From positions 1 through 64,000 of the forward strand of contig KZ538317.1 of assembly GCA_000934665.2 (NCBI GenBank): DNA of 64,000 nucleotides, given 5' to 3'. The DNA is from Catajapyx aquilonaris. Taxonomy: Eukaryota. Below are positions 25,337 to 39,600 of the stretch, piece by piece (positions within the stretch are counted from its first letter, which is position 1; each line of letters begins with the position of its first letter). The notes under the pieces were generated by a model, which ran no database searches, had not been told where the DNA came from, and saw only the letters and a program-made list of their open reading frames with translations. The position numbers were made by a program, and so were the translations under genes.

Positions 25337-26309
25337 CGAGGGGCGTTCATATAAAGTTCGCTACTTTTTCATGAAGTATAGTTTGATATAGATTTTATTC
25401 GATATTAAAATGGGGCACCAAGTATAGAGGCATTCTTATGGGCTGATTACATGATATTTCAGCATCCCTACATAACATATAGAGGAAAGAATTGAGCGAG
25501 CATTGCGAAGTGTAGCGAGTCTTCTGCACGGACAACACTGAGCAGTATCATTCTGTCATCAAATATCTCACTTTGAAGAGAATGAGCACTGTGTACTGAG
25601 CACTGAGTACTGTGGATATTTATAAGGACATGCCAGAGAAAATGAGGGGCTGTTGTCCATCATACACCCAATGGTTACGAGATGGGTCGTATATGCTTCA
25701 AGTATTGGGAAAGAGAGCATGGAAGATGACCCCCACTCGGGAAGGCCAGCGATTGCTGTGACCGAGGAAAACAGTCATACTCTGCTGTGGAGACCATGGT
25801 AATGGGAGACAGGCAGTTGACGATGTGGTACATATAGCAGAGGTCCTGGCCATCGGTTTGGCTGTGGTGGATACCATCCTTCAACACCTTCGCCCCAGCT
25901 ATTAGGTCTCCTCTCATTGGGCACCGCTCAGCCTCACAGTTTGCCAGTCAAGCTGAGCTGTCACAGACCCACTCGGGATTTTTTCCCCCGTGACAAAGAT
26001 GACTTTTTCGCACGGTCAGTGCTATGCAAAACGAAACTTTCAGCCTTTTCCTATTTCCCAATATCAAAATCAACTTTATGGGAGAGTCCATGAATCTGTC
26101 TATGAAGTGATTGCTGCTGTGGAGGTGTTAGGTGGGGGTTCTTTTTTCTTTTTTTCTTCTTCTTCTTTTTTTTGAGCGGATAGAAAAATGGGAGAAACTT
26201 GAGACAAAGCTTATTAACATGAAATGATACTGTTGAAAAATAAAATTTCATTCTTTGTCTATACCGCTTGTTTTTCAAGATCCAGTGCGCGCTTTATGAA
26301 CGTCCCTCG
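25337..26309 (+). mobile_element. Degenerate, internally deleted mariner transposon
   Basis: TIRs CGAGGGGCGTTCATATAAAG / CTTTATGAACGTCCCTCG|TA. Frameshifted remnants EQYHSVIKYL...ESMEDDPHSGRPAIAVTEEN (HTH region) and ...EVIAAVE...ERIEKWEK (C-terminus). Confidence 0.85.
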
Positions 26310-27646
26310 TATATCGTGGGTATTGAGAAATTACTGCTGCCATTTTGTCACCTCCGTGGCGTGAAACCGATACGACAATATTTACATCACCAAAAATGAA
26401 ACTTAAATGTATACGCCATTTTGTAAAACTTATTCGAAGTTAGGGCATTTTTCCCGCCAGAATTTTTTCTTCTTCGCGCCACATTTATGTAAACAAAATA
26501 CTGTACACATTTCATTCGGATGTATGACGACGACCAGAGAAAATTATGAATTTTTATACACAACAGAGATTTACCCATAATTTGTATCCACAGCATCACC
26601 AGACTTTTGTAAACACTTGTTGTCGAACTATTTTAAATGCAGAAGTCGTGGGAATTGTGAACAGACAGTACGGGGGCTTCCATCCCGATGACGGAGAATT
26701 TGCAAAATGGCGTGGTCAGTGGGCCACCTGGATGCAATTCTGCAAGATGGATGGTTTCCACATGGCCCCGGCAGGGTGCAGCAGCTAATGGAGGCGGGGC
26801 TCGAGTAGGGGAGTTGGGCTGAGTTGGTGGGTGGGGGATACCATTTGGCACCCACCCACCCCTGTATCCCTACCCCGTCATCACGCAGATGCATCTTCTC
26901 ACCCATTGGCGGCCCCGCCATGCTGCGTAGGCGGGAACCAATCCTGGAGGGTGAACCCCCTCTCGCTCTTGCGAATCTCGCGGCCCAACCACGTGGCTTT
27001 TGAATATCCACTTCCAGCATGGTGCGTCTGGCTTCTGGGGAGTTGCCCGCTTGGGATTTATCGTTCATGTGCAGGCTTACAGTACGCATTCTTGGCAGCT
27101 GTGGTACATAGCCACATGCTTATTGACCCCACCTTGTGATCGGTCACGGGCCGCCAAAAAGAGAAAATTTGCAAGTGATAGTTGCCAGGAATTTCGCAAA
27201 GGGAGAAACGTACATCGTATTTTATGATATCAATAAATGAGTATTATGGAAAGAGTGCGCAATTTCTACTTGGTGCTTCTTCACAAGTGCGTGGTCTGAA
27301 CAATTGCTCAAAATGGATGTTATATAAACAGAACCGTGGTGATCGAGGCTTTGGGATAGGTTTCAGAATCCGAATCCATAAGTACAGGATAGCCTAATGG
27401 CCACAGAAATTGCTTGTAAAACTGTGTAGCTCATCGTGTGCTAGGTCTATTAGAGGAGAAGGCCGAGGACATCGGGACTCATATTGGATCAGCGCACGAT
27501 GTATAAACATATAATAACTTATCCGACAAACAACCGATTTCTGAGGTCACTCGGTTTTAGATACCACAAAATGGGTTTCACAATATCCGATTGTATAAGT
27601 TACAACCGAAAGTGAGTGACCTTATGCCGTCGGGGTATAGGCTATA

Positions 27647-28238
27647 CAGGGTGATCCAACTTTATCACCCCAACAGTTATTGTAAAAATCGGGTAAGCGG
27701 CTACTTGCTAAGAGTTACTTTCTCGAGTATCTGGAATAGCACCTGCTGATATTAGGTCCAATGCCTATGTACCAATTAATGACCTATTTATTGACACAAC
27801 CGGGTCTGTCCGGTTCGGCGGATTAGCCCTCTGATTGGCATCTAGTGACCTCATCTGAATCTCTCCAGCGAACACCAAAATGGGCCCTTTTGAAGGCCAA
27901 CACATGAATCAGTTTGGAGATGAGGAAATAAAAGGGATGATGACAGGCAACATGGGCACCTTTCCATTTCAGGGTCGCAACAGTTCGCATCCGACCTATT
28001 GCGATTGACCCATTTGGCCAGTCGCAACCCCGGCCGGCGCCGCAGACGACCTGTTTCCCTGTTTCCCACGGACGACCCTTTTTTCCCTTATTAATTGGTA
28101 CATGGGCATTGGACCTAATATCAGCAGATGCTATTCCAGATACTCGAGAAAGTAACCCTTAGCAAATAGCTGCTTAAAAAGTAGCAGCTTATGCGATTTT
28201 TACCATAACTGTTGGGGCGATAAAGTTGGATCACCCTG
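27647..28238. mobile_element. Tc1/mariner-type MITE
   Basis: TA|CAGGGTGATCCAACTTTATC ... GATAAAGTTGGATCACCCTG|TA with ~135-bp inverted arms. Confidence 0.9.
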
Positions 28239-29131
28239 TATCGTCTATATACCTGCAGCACTCCCGAAAAACATATAGTATACACGTATTATCCTTTATA
28301 CTTGTCTTTACCCCTTACCGGTTGCTATACGGAAAGCAAAATTACCACTGTTGAGGAATGACTAATTCCATAAAAGTATCCATATAAAAGTTCCATAAAA
28401 GATATGAATTTGGCTACAAATGAGGTACATTGGCGGACTCTCCGCTGGGAGATCCTGGTCTGTGATGGCCTCCAATTCTGTATACCGACGCAGGCAGACA
28501 AAAAGTTTCAACCGCACATACGATTCACTAAACTCGAGCAATATGTTGATGTTTAAGTGATGGGAAACGTGTATGTATAGCACGTGTGCAAGGCATACAG
28601 CTTTGCAAAATTGTGATGAAAATTATAAAGCGCTTCATATATGCAATGGCTCTTTCATTTTAGGAATAAGGCCAAACAACTATATACAGCGGGTATTTGA
28701 ATACCTCTATTGATCAACGATTGAGAGAACATTTGCAAAATATGGTGCTCGTGTTTCATATTGTTTATATACAGTATACAACAAAAAAAAATCTGTCTGT
28801 ATGCATTCTTTCAAAGTGTAAATAAAAGAATTGACTTTTCAATGTACGTACTAACCGGGAATCTCTAAACATGTGAAAATCCGCCAAAACTCTAATATAA
28901 CAATTTGGATTGGGTGTGTATATGTGTCCCCCAAAACAGGTGAACACCTGAGTACGGGGTATGAAAATAAATAACATAAATAAATATAAATAAATATATA
29001 TACAGTATATAGGGTGAAGTCAAGTGAAGGTATGTGCTGGTTCCTTTTTTGTTTTGTTTCGCATCATTCTTTGTAAAATTGGAATCATCTTTCTATAACA
29101 CCAGCAGGTCCAACCCCTGCAGAGTGACTTA

Positions 29132-29258
29132 TGCCCGATTGCACAAATCGAAATTACCGATCCGATAGCTCCTAATTGATCGTTAGGAGCCCTTTTAACG
29201 TGTGCTAACGATCTGTCAGGAGCAATCGAATCGGTAATTTCGTTAGTGCAATCGGGCA
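29132..29258. mobile_element. PIF/Harbinger-like palindromic MITE, copy 2
   Basis: TGCCCGATTGCAC ... GTGCAATCGGGCA with 3-bp TSD TTA. Confidence 0.85.
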
Positions 29259-32200
29259 TTAATATAACTTGTAACACATGGTTTATCACAATAAAGGTTC
29301 AGTAAAAAAAAAAATCATTCTTTAAGACTCACCCCGGTCGTTTATAGACAATTACTATACGGTGTAAGTATATGTCATACAATAATGCACATATATAGTT
29401 ACCAAGGAATTGAGCCTCGAGAATTCTTATTTAACGTCACGACTTAGGCATTACAGGCATCATACATATGTTAGATAAAAGTTTTTAGTTTGCCAGAAGC
29501 AAAAATAGTAAAACGGAATTCAGCTGTTAACTTGGCACTTGTGACAAGGAGGTGGCAGTGAATCCTGGCGTTATTTTTGAGTGGAAGGATATTTCCACGG
29601 GGGTGACTAAAGGAGACTTGGCCCGTGGCCCAAAATGCCAGGTGTTCACCTTGCCCCTCCTCCTCTTTTCTCCCCTCATGCAGCTCAGTCTTTGCAGAAA
29701 CATCTCGAAGCAGCTGTTTCAGAATAACATTGACTGCTAGACTTCTTCACCCTAACCTGTTTGTTTACCTTTTTCCTCCACTCATTGCGTTTTGGGCAAG
29801 TTTTGTGTCACGTCACATACAAATGTTTAATATGACATTTGGTCTGATTTGAAGTAGGTTACGTTATTCACTTGTGTGCTCTATATGTTCCTGCAAACCA
29901 AGCGAATGGCTGGCGGTAGCCTGTGAATGGATGATATACCTGGAATATGATGATGCATTTCGCGAAACACTTTCTCTTGAATCAAGAATGTCAAAAATGT
30001 CACACATGACTCACGCGCTATAACCCGGTTCTGATAATATGTTGACTTCCTCGCGATGAGTAACGATCGAAATGACAAATATGTGCACTCCGTTCGCGTA
30101 GGCGGTGGATGGAAGGATTAACCTGAAGACCTTGGACCTAGTTCCTGGCCGAGTATTATAGCCAGAACATTTTTTGTAGCATTGCGAACGGAAGCAAAAA
30201 GAGCAGCGTTACTTTTTTTCCCCCCCTCATCTCACTGCTTTGCTCATAGGTTCACACGGTTCGTTCATTGGCCCGCGCTCATATGATGTCATCGTTTTAT
30301 TTTTTACGTTGTTGTATCCCCATCCTCCCGTCCTCCTCTGTGCCCTCGTACTCCACGGTTTGTGAGTCAGTGTGTGGGTGACGCTGTACTTATCTTGAGC
30401 GCTGAGCCGCGCCTGGGGCCGTCGGATCCGTGACGTAACGCGAGCCGCTCCGTGAGCCAATCCGTGTCGTCACGAAAGAACGAGGCTGTGCATTCCAGAA
30501 ACATGAGTGTGTCGCGATTTGGAAGCGAGTCCAGCTCCATTCATTCGCCGGCTTTGCTCCGGAAGCGATGAGATAAGGGGGTCCAGGGGGGTAGTCATAT
30601 GGAGGGGGGGGGGGGNGGGGGATGCTGTGATTCTTAGAAGGGAGGCTGACTCAGTGTGTATGGTAAGGTTAGGGGGTAAGGTGAGCGGGGAGGAGGGGTA
30701 GGAAGATCCCCATTGACTGAGTCGACCCAACAGTTGAATGGGCTTGATTCGCCAGTGAGCACGTGGTGGAAGGTGCCTGCTCCTGTGCACGCTGATTTTT
30801 TGGCGGTTCATTTTTTTGGGGGGTGGGGGTTTCCTCGTGAGGGTGTTGCACACATATACGTGAAGCACGTGTTGTCGCGTTACTGGTGCGGGGCGTGTGT
30901 GAGTTACGTGTCCGGCTGGTGTGACGTTTGTATTCCGAGTCGGATACCTGACCTAGTAGAACTAGTGCTGGAATTTTAGGGCTGTGGTACGTGAAGTGTC
31001 ACATATATCTTCTCAGCTGGGACTGATAACACTTGTTGTTCAGCCTAATGTGGAACTTGTGACATGTTGTCATCACTTTGATACGTAGTGATCATGTGCT
31101 TTGACGTCTGATTTTGATCGTATGCACATTTTTCCGGTTTGTGCTCCTGAAGCGTGCTTCTTTCATAATTTTTAGGTTTTCTTGGTTTTTTTCATATAAC
31201 ATTTATTAGGTGTTACCTTATACCTCCCTGTTGCCTAATGTTAATAATAATATTGAGTAGGGCCTACGCCCTACGACTTGATAAACCCCTTTCTTGTTTT
31301 TAAGAAGTCCCAGAAGTCCTATAAATTAAGCTAAAATTTGGTGCTGAACCCTGCATCATGCAAGACTGCTGCCAAGGTCAGGAGAGTATCACATTTATGG
31401 CATCGGAGCTGAAGTGATTCGAGTCGTAACTAATGGGATCATAACTTAGGAGCCTTTACCTATACAGTAGACAGCAGCGGCATATTGCAAAGTAACGTAA
31501 GGGAGCCTAGTATACTATAGTGCAGCCTAGATTGCAGTAGAAAATAATGATTGTCGTGTAGCTCAATTGAAGTTAAATTTTTTATGGATCTAATTTAAAT
31601 TGATCACGGATTCATGTAGCAAATGATTTCATTTTTTCAAAGTTGTTTATATAGGAGAACACATTACCTGCAACAAGAACTTTTCCCTATTTGCCTGCAA
31701 GAGCACCCCCCTAATTATTTTACTCGCCAAGGTCATGTACCCGTTAGGTACCCGTGACCTACTGCATAGCGGGCATTCATGTACGTGTAATCATTCTCTC
31801 GTGAACTAACGAAGCAAATTGAGGTATAGGAGAGGGATGAGCAATAAATTTGCCTTGGTCGTTAATGTCATCACTATAGTCTGACAGAAATTATACTTGT
31901 ATTTTGCTAACATAGACCCACTGATCTCAGACCTCGTAATATACACATGCGAAGGACAAGGACAGAGCATCCACGGTGTTAGAGTGTACGTCACCTGTTA
32001 CGTGATTTTTCCCCCTTCATTTTTTGCCTCTTTCAAGTTACTTGATAGCCAGTTATAGCTGGGAAGAGCAACGGCTGATGGTTGACATTGGTTATGTTAT
32101 CAGGGTTCGGATGCGGATGGAAATAGTGATTAGTCAGTATCGCGGGATTGGCAAATCGTATCAAAGTGGTGATGACTGCTAAGCCCAGAAATCTGGTAAA

Positions 32201-32328
32201 GGGCTGGCAAGTTTGTGTGTGCAATTTCGTATCTTTTGGGTGTCACTGACGTCACAGAGTTAACCTCAAGTTCTTTTGGTAGACGTCCCGTTTCGGAAGG
32301 AAATGTGCCCTATGATCAGAGAAAGGTG

Positions 32329-32455
32329 ATGGAAGGGGAAGAGACCCACCTCTTGGGAGAGGGAGGATATGGAGGGTCGGAAGATGGGGGAATCCAAGAC
32401 GAGGGTGCAGAAGGGCACTGGCCGATGGAACGGATGCAATACTGGTATCCTCCAG
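32329..32455 (+). CDS. Candidate alternative first coding exon of the Pur gene (MEGEETHLLGEGGYGGSEDGGIQDEGAEGHWPMERMQYWYPP)
   Basis: gtgATGG start, 42 codons + 1 nt, donor CAG|GTGGGT in phase 1. The peptide is acidic and Gly-rich. Confidence 0.45.
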
Positions 32456-33281
32456 GTGGGTGAAAATCGCGCAGGTCTTGAAGTAATTTACTGTCATATA
32501 TGGTGGTACTGTGGATGACAGGTAATGGAGTGGATTTTCATGACGTGACTGGTTATGGCGTTATGCAATTCAGTAAAACAATGTACGGAGCTTATTTAGA
32601 CACTTACGTATACATGAAAGTGCCCAAATAAGCTCCGTTAGGTGTATAGACTTGTATCCTGGAGAAAGTGATGAGTGATGATGAGAATGACATGCACACT
32701 GGCCCACATTTGCGCGTCCTTGAGACAATGAATCCGAAGTGAAAATGGAAATAACAACCCATTTTTGTGCCGAATAAGGCCTGTTTGGACGGCAGCGTGG
32801 GAAACCAGGTGTCTCTTGGCTACCTTCCCACTCCGTCATGTGAGTATGGGAGTGAGTATGGAGATGAGAGTGTATGCTGAGGTGGTATGGTGATGCGGGG
32901 AAGGGAGGCGGAGCCTGAGAACGTGTATGGGGCACCTGCCAAAGACCCGTTGCTTCAGGTATGACGTCGCGCCAAGTCTGAGGGCAGGAGTGACGTGTCG
33001 ACGTGTGTGCCCGCTCTTGATGGCTGTATTGCACGGGAGTGTTGGCGCGGTGCCCACACTGTTGCTCATTATTTAGCGCTTTATATAGTTCGTTCTTGCC
33101 TGACTTAGGGTTGGCTTGTTTCTAAGAGCGTTATGTAGACGCCAACATGGCGCGTGCTATTGTAGTGTGTGGGAAGTTCGTCGATTCTGTGTTCTGGAAC
33201 TTGGCCGAAAAAGCGAAACCTTTTTAATGTCTCGCACATTTACTGGAAATTTGAATAATTGTAACCCTAACAAGGGATATA

Positions 33282-33705
33282 CAGGGTGTATCTGAACTCA
33301 GTGCCCCGACGTATATGACTGCCTTCCTAGCCACCAGAGGATCGATTTAAGTATAGGAGTCCTATGTCTGGGCAGCCTCATTACTGAGATACACTCTTTA
33401 GCGATTTTTGCCTAATCGCTCCTTCTGACTTTTAAATAGAATTTTCTGGTGTAACTAGCCAAAGAGGCCTTACCACCTGTGGGCAACAAACCAACAAAGT
33501 CCCGCCCCCAGACCTTCCAGAGCCTTCTGACTGGGGGAGGGTTCGATGGGTGGCCTAACCGACAGGATATTTTGTACTACATGTTTGCGGCCAATTACCT
33601 CCGTAATGCGGCGGCCAAACATAATGACTCCTATACTTAAATCGATCCTCTGGTGGCTAGGAAGGTAGTCATATACGTCGGGGCACTGAGTTCAGATACA
33701 CCCTG
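33282..33705. mobile_element. Tc1/mariner-type MITE (second copy at 52211)
   Basis: TA|CAGGGTGTATCTGAACTCAGTGCCCCGACG ... CGTCGGGGCACTGAGTTCAGATACACCCTG|TA. Confidence 0.92.
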
Positions 33706-35617
33706 TATACAGTATACATATAAGTTCACTTACAAGACAATCTTCTCGACCTGTTATTTTGCATGCACGCTGTCGCGCCACTTGTCACTTATGCAATGAT
33801 TAACTGGTAAGAAACTCGACGGATCTCGCTTAGTCTACTATTATATGCTACATTGACTTAGACAACCCCCCCCCCCCCCCANCCCCCCAAAAAAAAAGGA
33901 AAGAAAGAAAGAAAAAAGGAATAAAAAACTAAATGGAGAAAGAGTACGTAGCAGAGCGCAGGGACAAGAGGTGATCATTGTGGTGATCATTTTAGGCGAG
34001 GGACAGGGTTGAAAGTTAATACAATTTGCTAACTGCAGGAGAGAGCAATTAGGCTTACCTGCACAATGTGCTGCGCGCGAGTTACCGCGGCACAGCAAAG
34101 TTTGCAAATACAATTAATGTTTTGTAATCTGAACCCCTTAGGTTATGTGCAATTGTTAGGGTCTTCGGCGGGTATCGAGCATAAATATGTATACAGACCA
34201 TGTTGCTAAACTCAACAGCTGACTAATCTCGTTTAAATGCAGGTGGGCTTATTGATTACACCCATCAAAAACGTGGAGAGTAAGGTTATTAATGACTCCA
34301 TGAATCAGTATAATACTGAAGTATGTAATAGTTGACGAATGAAGCTGGCGTATAGAAGCGTTGTAGCCCCACTTGGCTTTACACTGCAGTTACCGAGTTA
34401 GTATAGCCTGCGGATGTCAGAAAGAAATAAACCGAGAGCGTGCTGCGTACACTATACTGTACTACTTTAGGCTTTGCTGACCATTTAAATGAAGATGATA
34501 CGACCATATTTGGTATAGTAGCACTCGATTGTTATCAGTCCAAAAAGAACTTTGCTGCTCCGGGCAACCCAGTTCCGAATCTATTGTCTCGATAAGAAGT
34601 TATTTTATTAATAAGATAGTTTTAGAATTTCTTGCATGGGTAGCGAAAATACTTATTTAGTGGCTATATACTACGTGGTAAGGCAAAGAATTGCCATTGT
34701 CAGACTTCAGGCCATCTATACTGGAAAAAAGGCATGAATCTATACAGTTCTATACAAAATCATTCGAGTCCACGGTCAGGTGATGCAGTTGCACCAAATT
34801 TTTACGGATTCCTTGAAGTGGTAAAAGGGGCGCATCCACGTCAAATAAATTATAGGAGTGTAATTTTGCCTCCAGAAGTATATTTAGCTAATGTCGAGAA
34901 ATTGCATAAAAAGAGGTTAGGTGGGAAAATTGGGGTGATTGTGTATTCATCATTTTATGTGTAATATTCCCCGCACCTTACACCTGCTATGAAAGCAGAC
35001 TGGCCAAATTTCTTAAACTTCGCAGCTTCTTTTAAATATACATACATTTTTAATCCGCTCTAATGACCATTGCAGTCATCCAAGTCGACCCTCTCTATAC
35101 ATAAGGGCAGTATATTTAGCTAGTGAGGGTTGCACATGAGCCTGTTATGCCTCTAGTTCTTGGAAGAGGCAAGGAAGGCTTGTAACGTGCACAGCAGTAG
35201 GTGATGTGGAAACGATAACATCTGCTGGTTGAGTTCTTTTGTCAGCCGTTGGAGCACTCGCTTCTAGGAAAAGCCCGCCGAGCCAATTACTGAACCGTAC
35301 AGCGGCTTTCCTGCTGCTGCCGTGCCGGTGGTTGCCATTCTTGTACCACCTCCTCCGCATACCGGAGGACTCTGGGGTGCACGTTGCTGCTCGGCACTTG
35401 CAGTCCCGCCATCTTGCTTATCCATTGCCTCCGCCGCCACTGCTGCATTGCATCGCATACCTTCATTCAGCTCCCCCACCAATTATTGCAAAGATCACGT
35501 CACGTGCTCAAGAATCGTAGGCGCTTATTTGCTGGCTAAATTATTTTGCTCCAAGCGACGGTGACGCCCTGATTTTACCGTTTTCTTGCGAAAAAGAGCT
35601 GTTGATCATTGGCTATA

Positions 35618-35702
35618 ATGTTGTACTTCGATGGAAGGGATGGCGTGGCATCCAATGGCGCCAACGCGTGGTTCAATCGGGACATGGAGTGGACGGGCGA
35701 GG
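35618..35702 (+). CDS. Candidate alternative first coding exon of the Pur gene (MLYFDGRDGVASNGANAWFNRDMEWTGE)
   Basis: ataATG start, 28 codons + 1 nt, consensus donor GG|GTGAGT in phase 1, at the end of a CpG-rich patch. Confidence 0.5.
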
Positions 35703-35928
35703 GTGAGTATAGGATTGGTTGGACTATTGGTTGCTATTAGATCTTATGATGCTCAACGATATGTCTTTTTGGCCGTATATATACTATTTTAATGGCCAGT
35801 TAAAACACCGTAACCAGTGAGCTTGTATGGTGATTAATCAATTTGACTTACCTACGGCGTGGCGGGTTTTCCGAGTCGGGGTTTCGTCAATGATTTTCAT
35901 ATTTCACATGGGATTGGCCTGCGACTGT

Positions 35929-36056
35929 TGCCCGATTGCACCAACCGAAATTACTGATCCGATAGCTCCTAATGGATCGTTAGGAGCCCTTTTAACGTGT
36001 GCTAACGATCTGTTAGGAGCAATCGAATCGGTAAGTTTCGTTGGTGCAATCGGGCT
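35929..36056. mobile_element. PIF/Harbinger-like palindromic MITE, copy 3
   Basis: TGCCCGATTGCACCAAC ... GTTGGTGCAATCGGGCT with 3-bp TSD TGT. Confidence 0.85.
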
Positions 36057-36125
36057 TGTGCCATGCATTTTCATACAACTTTGTTGAGATTGAGATTATG
36101 CACATGCTTACCCTATTAGTATATA

Positions 36126-36184
36126 CAGGGTGTCTCAACTTTTTTATCCGATAACTGATCGGACAAAAAAGTTCAGACATCCTG
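36126..36184. mobile_element. Minimal (59-bp) Tc1/mariner-type MITE
   Basis: TA|CAGGGTGTCTCAACTTTTTT ... AAAAAAGTTCAGACATCCTG|TA. Confidence 0.7.
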
Positions 36185-36376
36185 TATATGTATAAAACGA
36201 TTGATATAAATTGGGGATCTAAGGGAATAGTTGCACAATTGAGCACAAATTCGTAACAGGATAGTGTTCTGGGCAACTATACTCTTACAACGCAATCTGT
36301 ACGTATATCGTCAGTTATTTAAATTATTAAAATGACAAGAGGTACTGAGAACTTAAATAGCTTCGTTAATCCAGTA

Positions 36377-36624
36377 ATAATAACAATAATGGATACCCCG
36401 TGATAGGCCCCTTGGGCCTCTTAGGGGATCATCTTTTGAATACCCGACTTTAATCATTTGCCTGTAATGTGATGGATTTAGATAGTGGGAGGAAACGGGC
36501 GAACACGGAGAGAACCCATCGAAACTCTATCCACATAAGTATCCTGCGTCCGACCCGGGGATCGAACTCGGGACCTTAGAGGTGGAAGGCTGCGGCGCTA
36601 CCCACTCGGCCACCGTGTCGCCCT
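36377..36624 (-). mobile_element. tRNA-derived SINE, family A, with target-site duplication
   Basis: Reverse-complement homolog of 4297-4550, flanked by a 15-bp direct repeat TTCGTTAATCCAGTA (36362-36376 and 36625-36639). Confidence 0.9.
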
Positions 36625-39600
36625 TTCGTTAATCCAGTACTGCACAACAGAAAGCTTAAAAAGTATCTCAACTGAGTTAGTACTGGCAATAATGCAAGGC
36701 TGGTTTTCGTATACGCGTGACTTGCAGTATACTTACAGTATGTTTCATATGCATAATATCTTATTATTTGTAAGACTACCCCTCATAGTTGCTGACTACC
36801 CCTCATAGGGAAATGTCGTGATGATGATGATGATGATGATGATTATTATTATTATTATTTGTAAGAAAGTAATCAATTATGGGGAAGAAATCGTGGTGTA
36901 GGCTCTACACGTGTAACGAGGGTGTTGGGAAACATGTATAGATTCCAGGAAGACATGCAATAACGCTATGACAAATGCCCTTCCAGGTGCAGATTGCACC
37001 TGGCCAGTTCATTGCGGAAGCATTTCCGGCGTATTGTGTAGGTCAGCTTTTATAAGGTAACTTCAACGAATTATACCGGATGGAACAAAAGTTAGGCTTA
37101 CAGCTCAGATCCATATCTGAAAATTTCTCTGAAGCTTCCTTGCGCTCCATTTTCTGTCTTGGAAGTTGGCAGATAGGTGTACAGTTGTGTTCCAATAATT
37201 GAAGTGTCCATATTAAATGGTTAACGATTAAAAACCCTAAACCTAAGGTAATTATTATGAAGCACTTGCTTTCACACGGTTAAGTTTAGGTGTTATCTCA
37301 AATATTTTCTGTTGATATTATGTTGCTTTGAATCATTCGTTCCGACCCTGATTTGTTTGAGTGGGAAGGAGCCGAAGCAAATCCGGCTATCGCGCTATAA
37401 AAAGAGATACAGATCCATGGATAGATGGAGATAGAAAACGAAGACAGAAAAGGCTGTGGCATCTGTCATTGTATCTCTCTAACCAAACAAGACCTTTCTG
37501 GAATGGGTGACCCTGCCAATAGACGAAGCTGTAGACCAATATAGGTCACGGGATTGTCGGAGAACACGTCACCACGGGATGGAGGAGTTACCATTGGCGG
37601 GAGAAATAGAATTTGCACTTAATTACGGAGATTAAGGCATTGCAAGTGATCCAGTTTTACCCATTGGTACTTGAGGTCAATGGCTGAACCCATGGTTTTG
37701 ATAGCCCATATGAATAATTTCTTAATATTGCAAACACCTTAGGACGATCATTTTCGACTCTTTATACGGTGAAATTAAATCACTATTGTAATTATTGTAT
37801 ATGGACCGGAATTGAGATATTTTCGCAGGTGGCAATTTTTCATCACCTGCATCTATAATGTTACCTGCGGTTACCAGATGATTTCCATCACTCGTTTCTC
37901 ATTTATCCTGACTGCTATTGCAACCCGCTTGACTTTCTCAGAGTGCAGCCAGAGTAGTACGTAATCCCGGGTGCAGCCAGGAAAAGTGAAGCTGCCTCTT
38001 GCTTGCCTAGGCGGTATATACATATTACGCGGAGTTTTTTGAGCTGTTGACAATTGCATGGAAGCCAAATGAATTGCGGGCTAATTAGCGGTTTGGCGAT
38101 ATAAGTCTGGGTAGTGTACAGTGGTTATCCTGTAGCACGCTGATACGATCGCTTAATTTCTCACGCCCGCGGGAAAGTTGATGGTTGGCGTGTCTGCCAC
38201 TTGACGGCGCCAACGCGTAGGACGTGCTCTGGGCCCACCTGACTGTTAGCGCCATGGCCACTGGCTGGACCCGGTTCAGCAGCGAGCAGAGCATGGTTCA
38301 GGGAGGAGTGTTAATAACCACGACGGCGCGGCGGTGCCCAACATCGATTTTTTCTTAGCCCCGTTAAGGTAGCATTTCTGTGCAGAGGATGTTCCGGTTA
38401 TTTTACTTCAGGCAATGCTCGCTGTTTCATCGAGATGCTACTGAGCTAGTACTGTACAAACTTCTTCTTGTGCAGATGCGGTTTGATATGTTTAAAAATT
38501 GTTCTCCCCATCGAGAAAGCCATATGATTGCATATCTGTTAATGACTGATGTAATTAAAATGGATGTCGTCCCATGTGAAGGGCCCTTTGTCATATCGTT
38601 CAGCAGTTGTCCTGTATAAGGTCTCCGTATTTGGCCTCATCTGGACGAGAGGATGAGTGATTGGGTCATATTTGCACATCGAAAGGCGTTGTATTTTTTT
38701 TGGCAAATTATTGTATAATGCTGTATGTGGACACATTTTGTATGATGCTTGCTTGCTGAAAGCAATCATTTGCCCGATCATGACCTTGGAACACCTCGCA
38801 CCTCCCCTCGCATGTAAATGATGATGCCCAGGGGTTACGATCGATCGCGAAATCCGTCCGCACCCAACCCGAGAGCTCTGCCAGGGAGTTTAACATTGTT
38901 GGTACGAGTATTGGACTTACCGTATAATCCATTTATCGTCACCCACAACTGGAATCACATTTTGATTAATTTTTATACCACTGTTTTATCTACATTTTTG
39001 GAGATGCTGGATGTCGAGAACTCAAAACTGATTGGCTCGCTGATTGGCATACTAAGGGTTAGGTTTTCAGTGCTGCATATACAGGTCAAATGAGAGCCTC
39101 ATGAGTGACATGGCTCTACTGTACTGTACGGTGTCTGGGGACACAGCAGTTTCCCTGATATAGGCTACAGTATTACAGTATTCTCTCCATCGGGATGTTC
39201 CCCTCGTGGCAAATCCAAACCTCCTCATTATTCTGTGTGTGCAGATGTATAGATTTTCCCCACTATTACTGTTTGCTACTAAACGAGTATGCAGGGTGTT
39301 CCTCTGCCCGAGTTGACTATCCGAATATATAGGAGACGGCGAAGAATTGATGCGGATTAGTCTCACAGTCGCAATTGGGGAACACCCAGGCCTTCTGCCA
39401 GTCTGCACTGGAGTTTGAATGCAACCCAAGGGTGACAAATCCATCAACTTTTTGATAACTGATATCAAGGTGACTCCCGAACTTAGAACACCCTGTATAC
39501 ATTGTAGAACGTACTTTCCTAAGTAAAGCTCCATTACAGCAAGACGTCAATAGAACTACATATAGTTACTATATCGCTGCAAAAGATTAGGCGATTTTGC

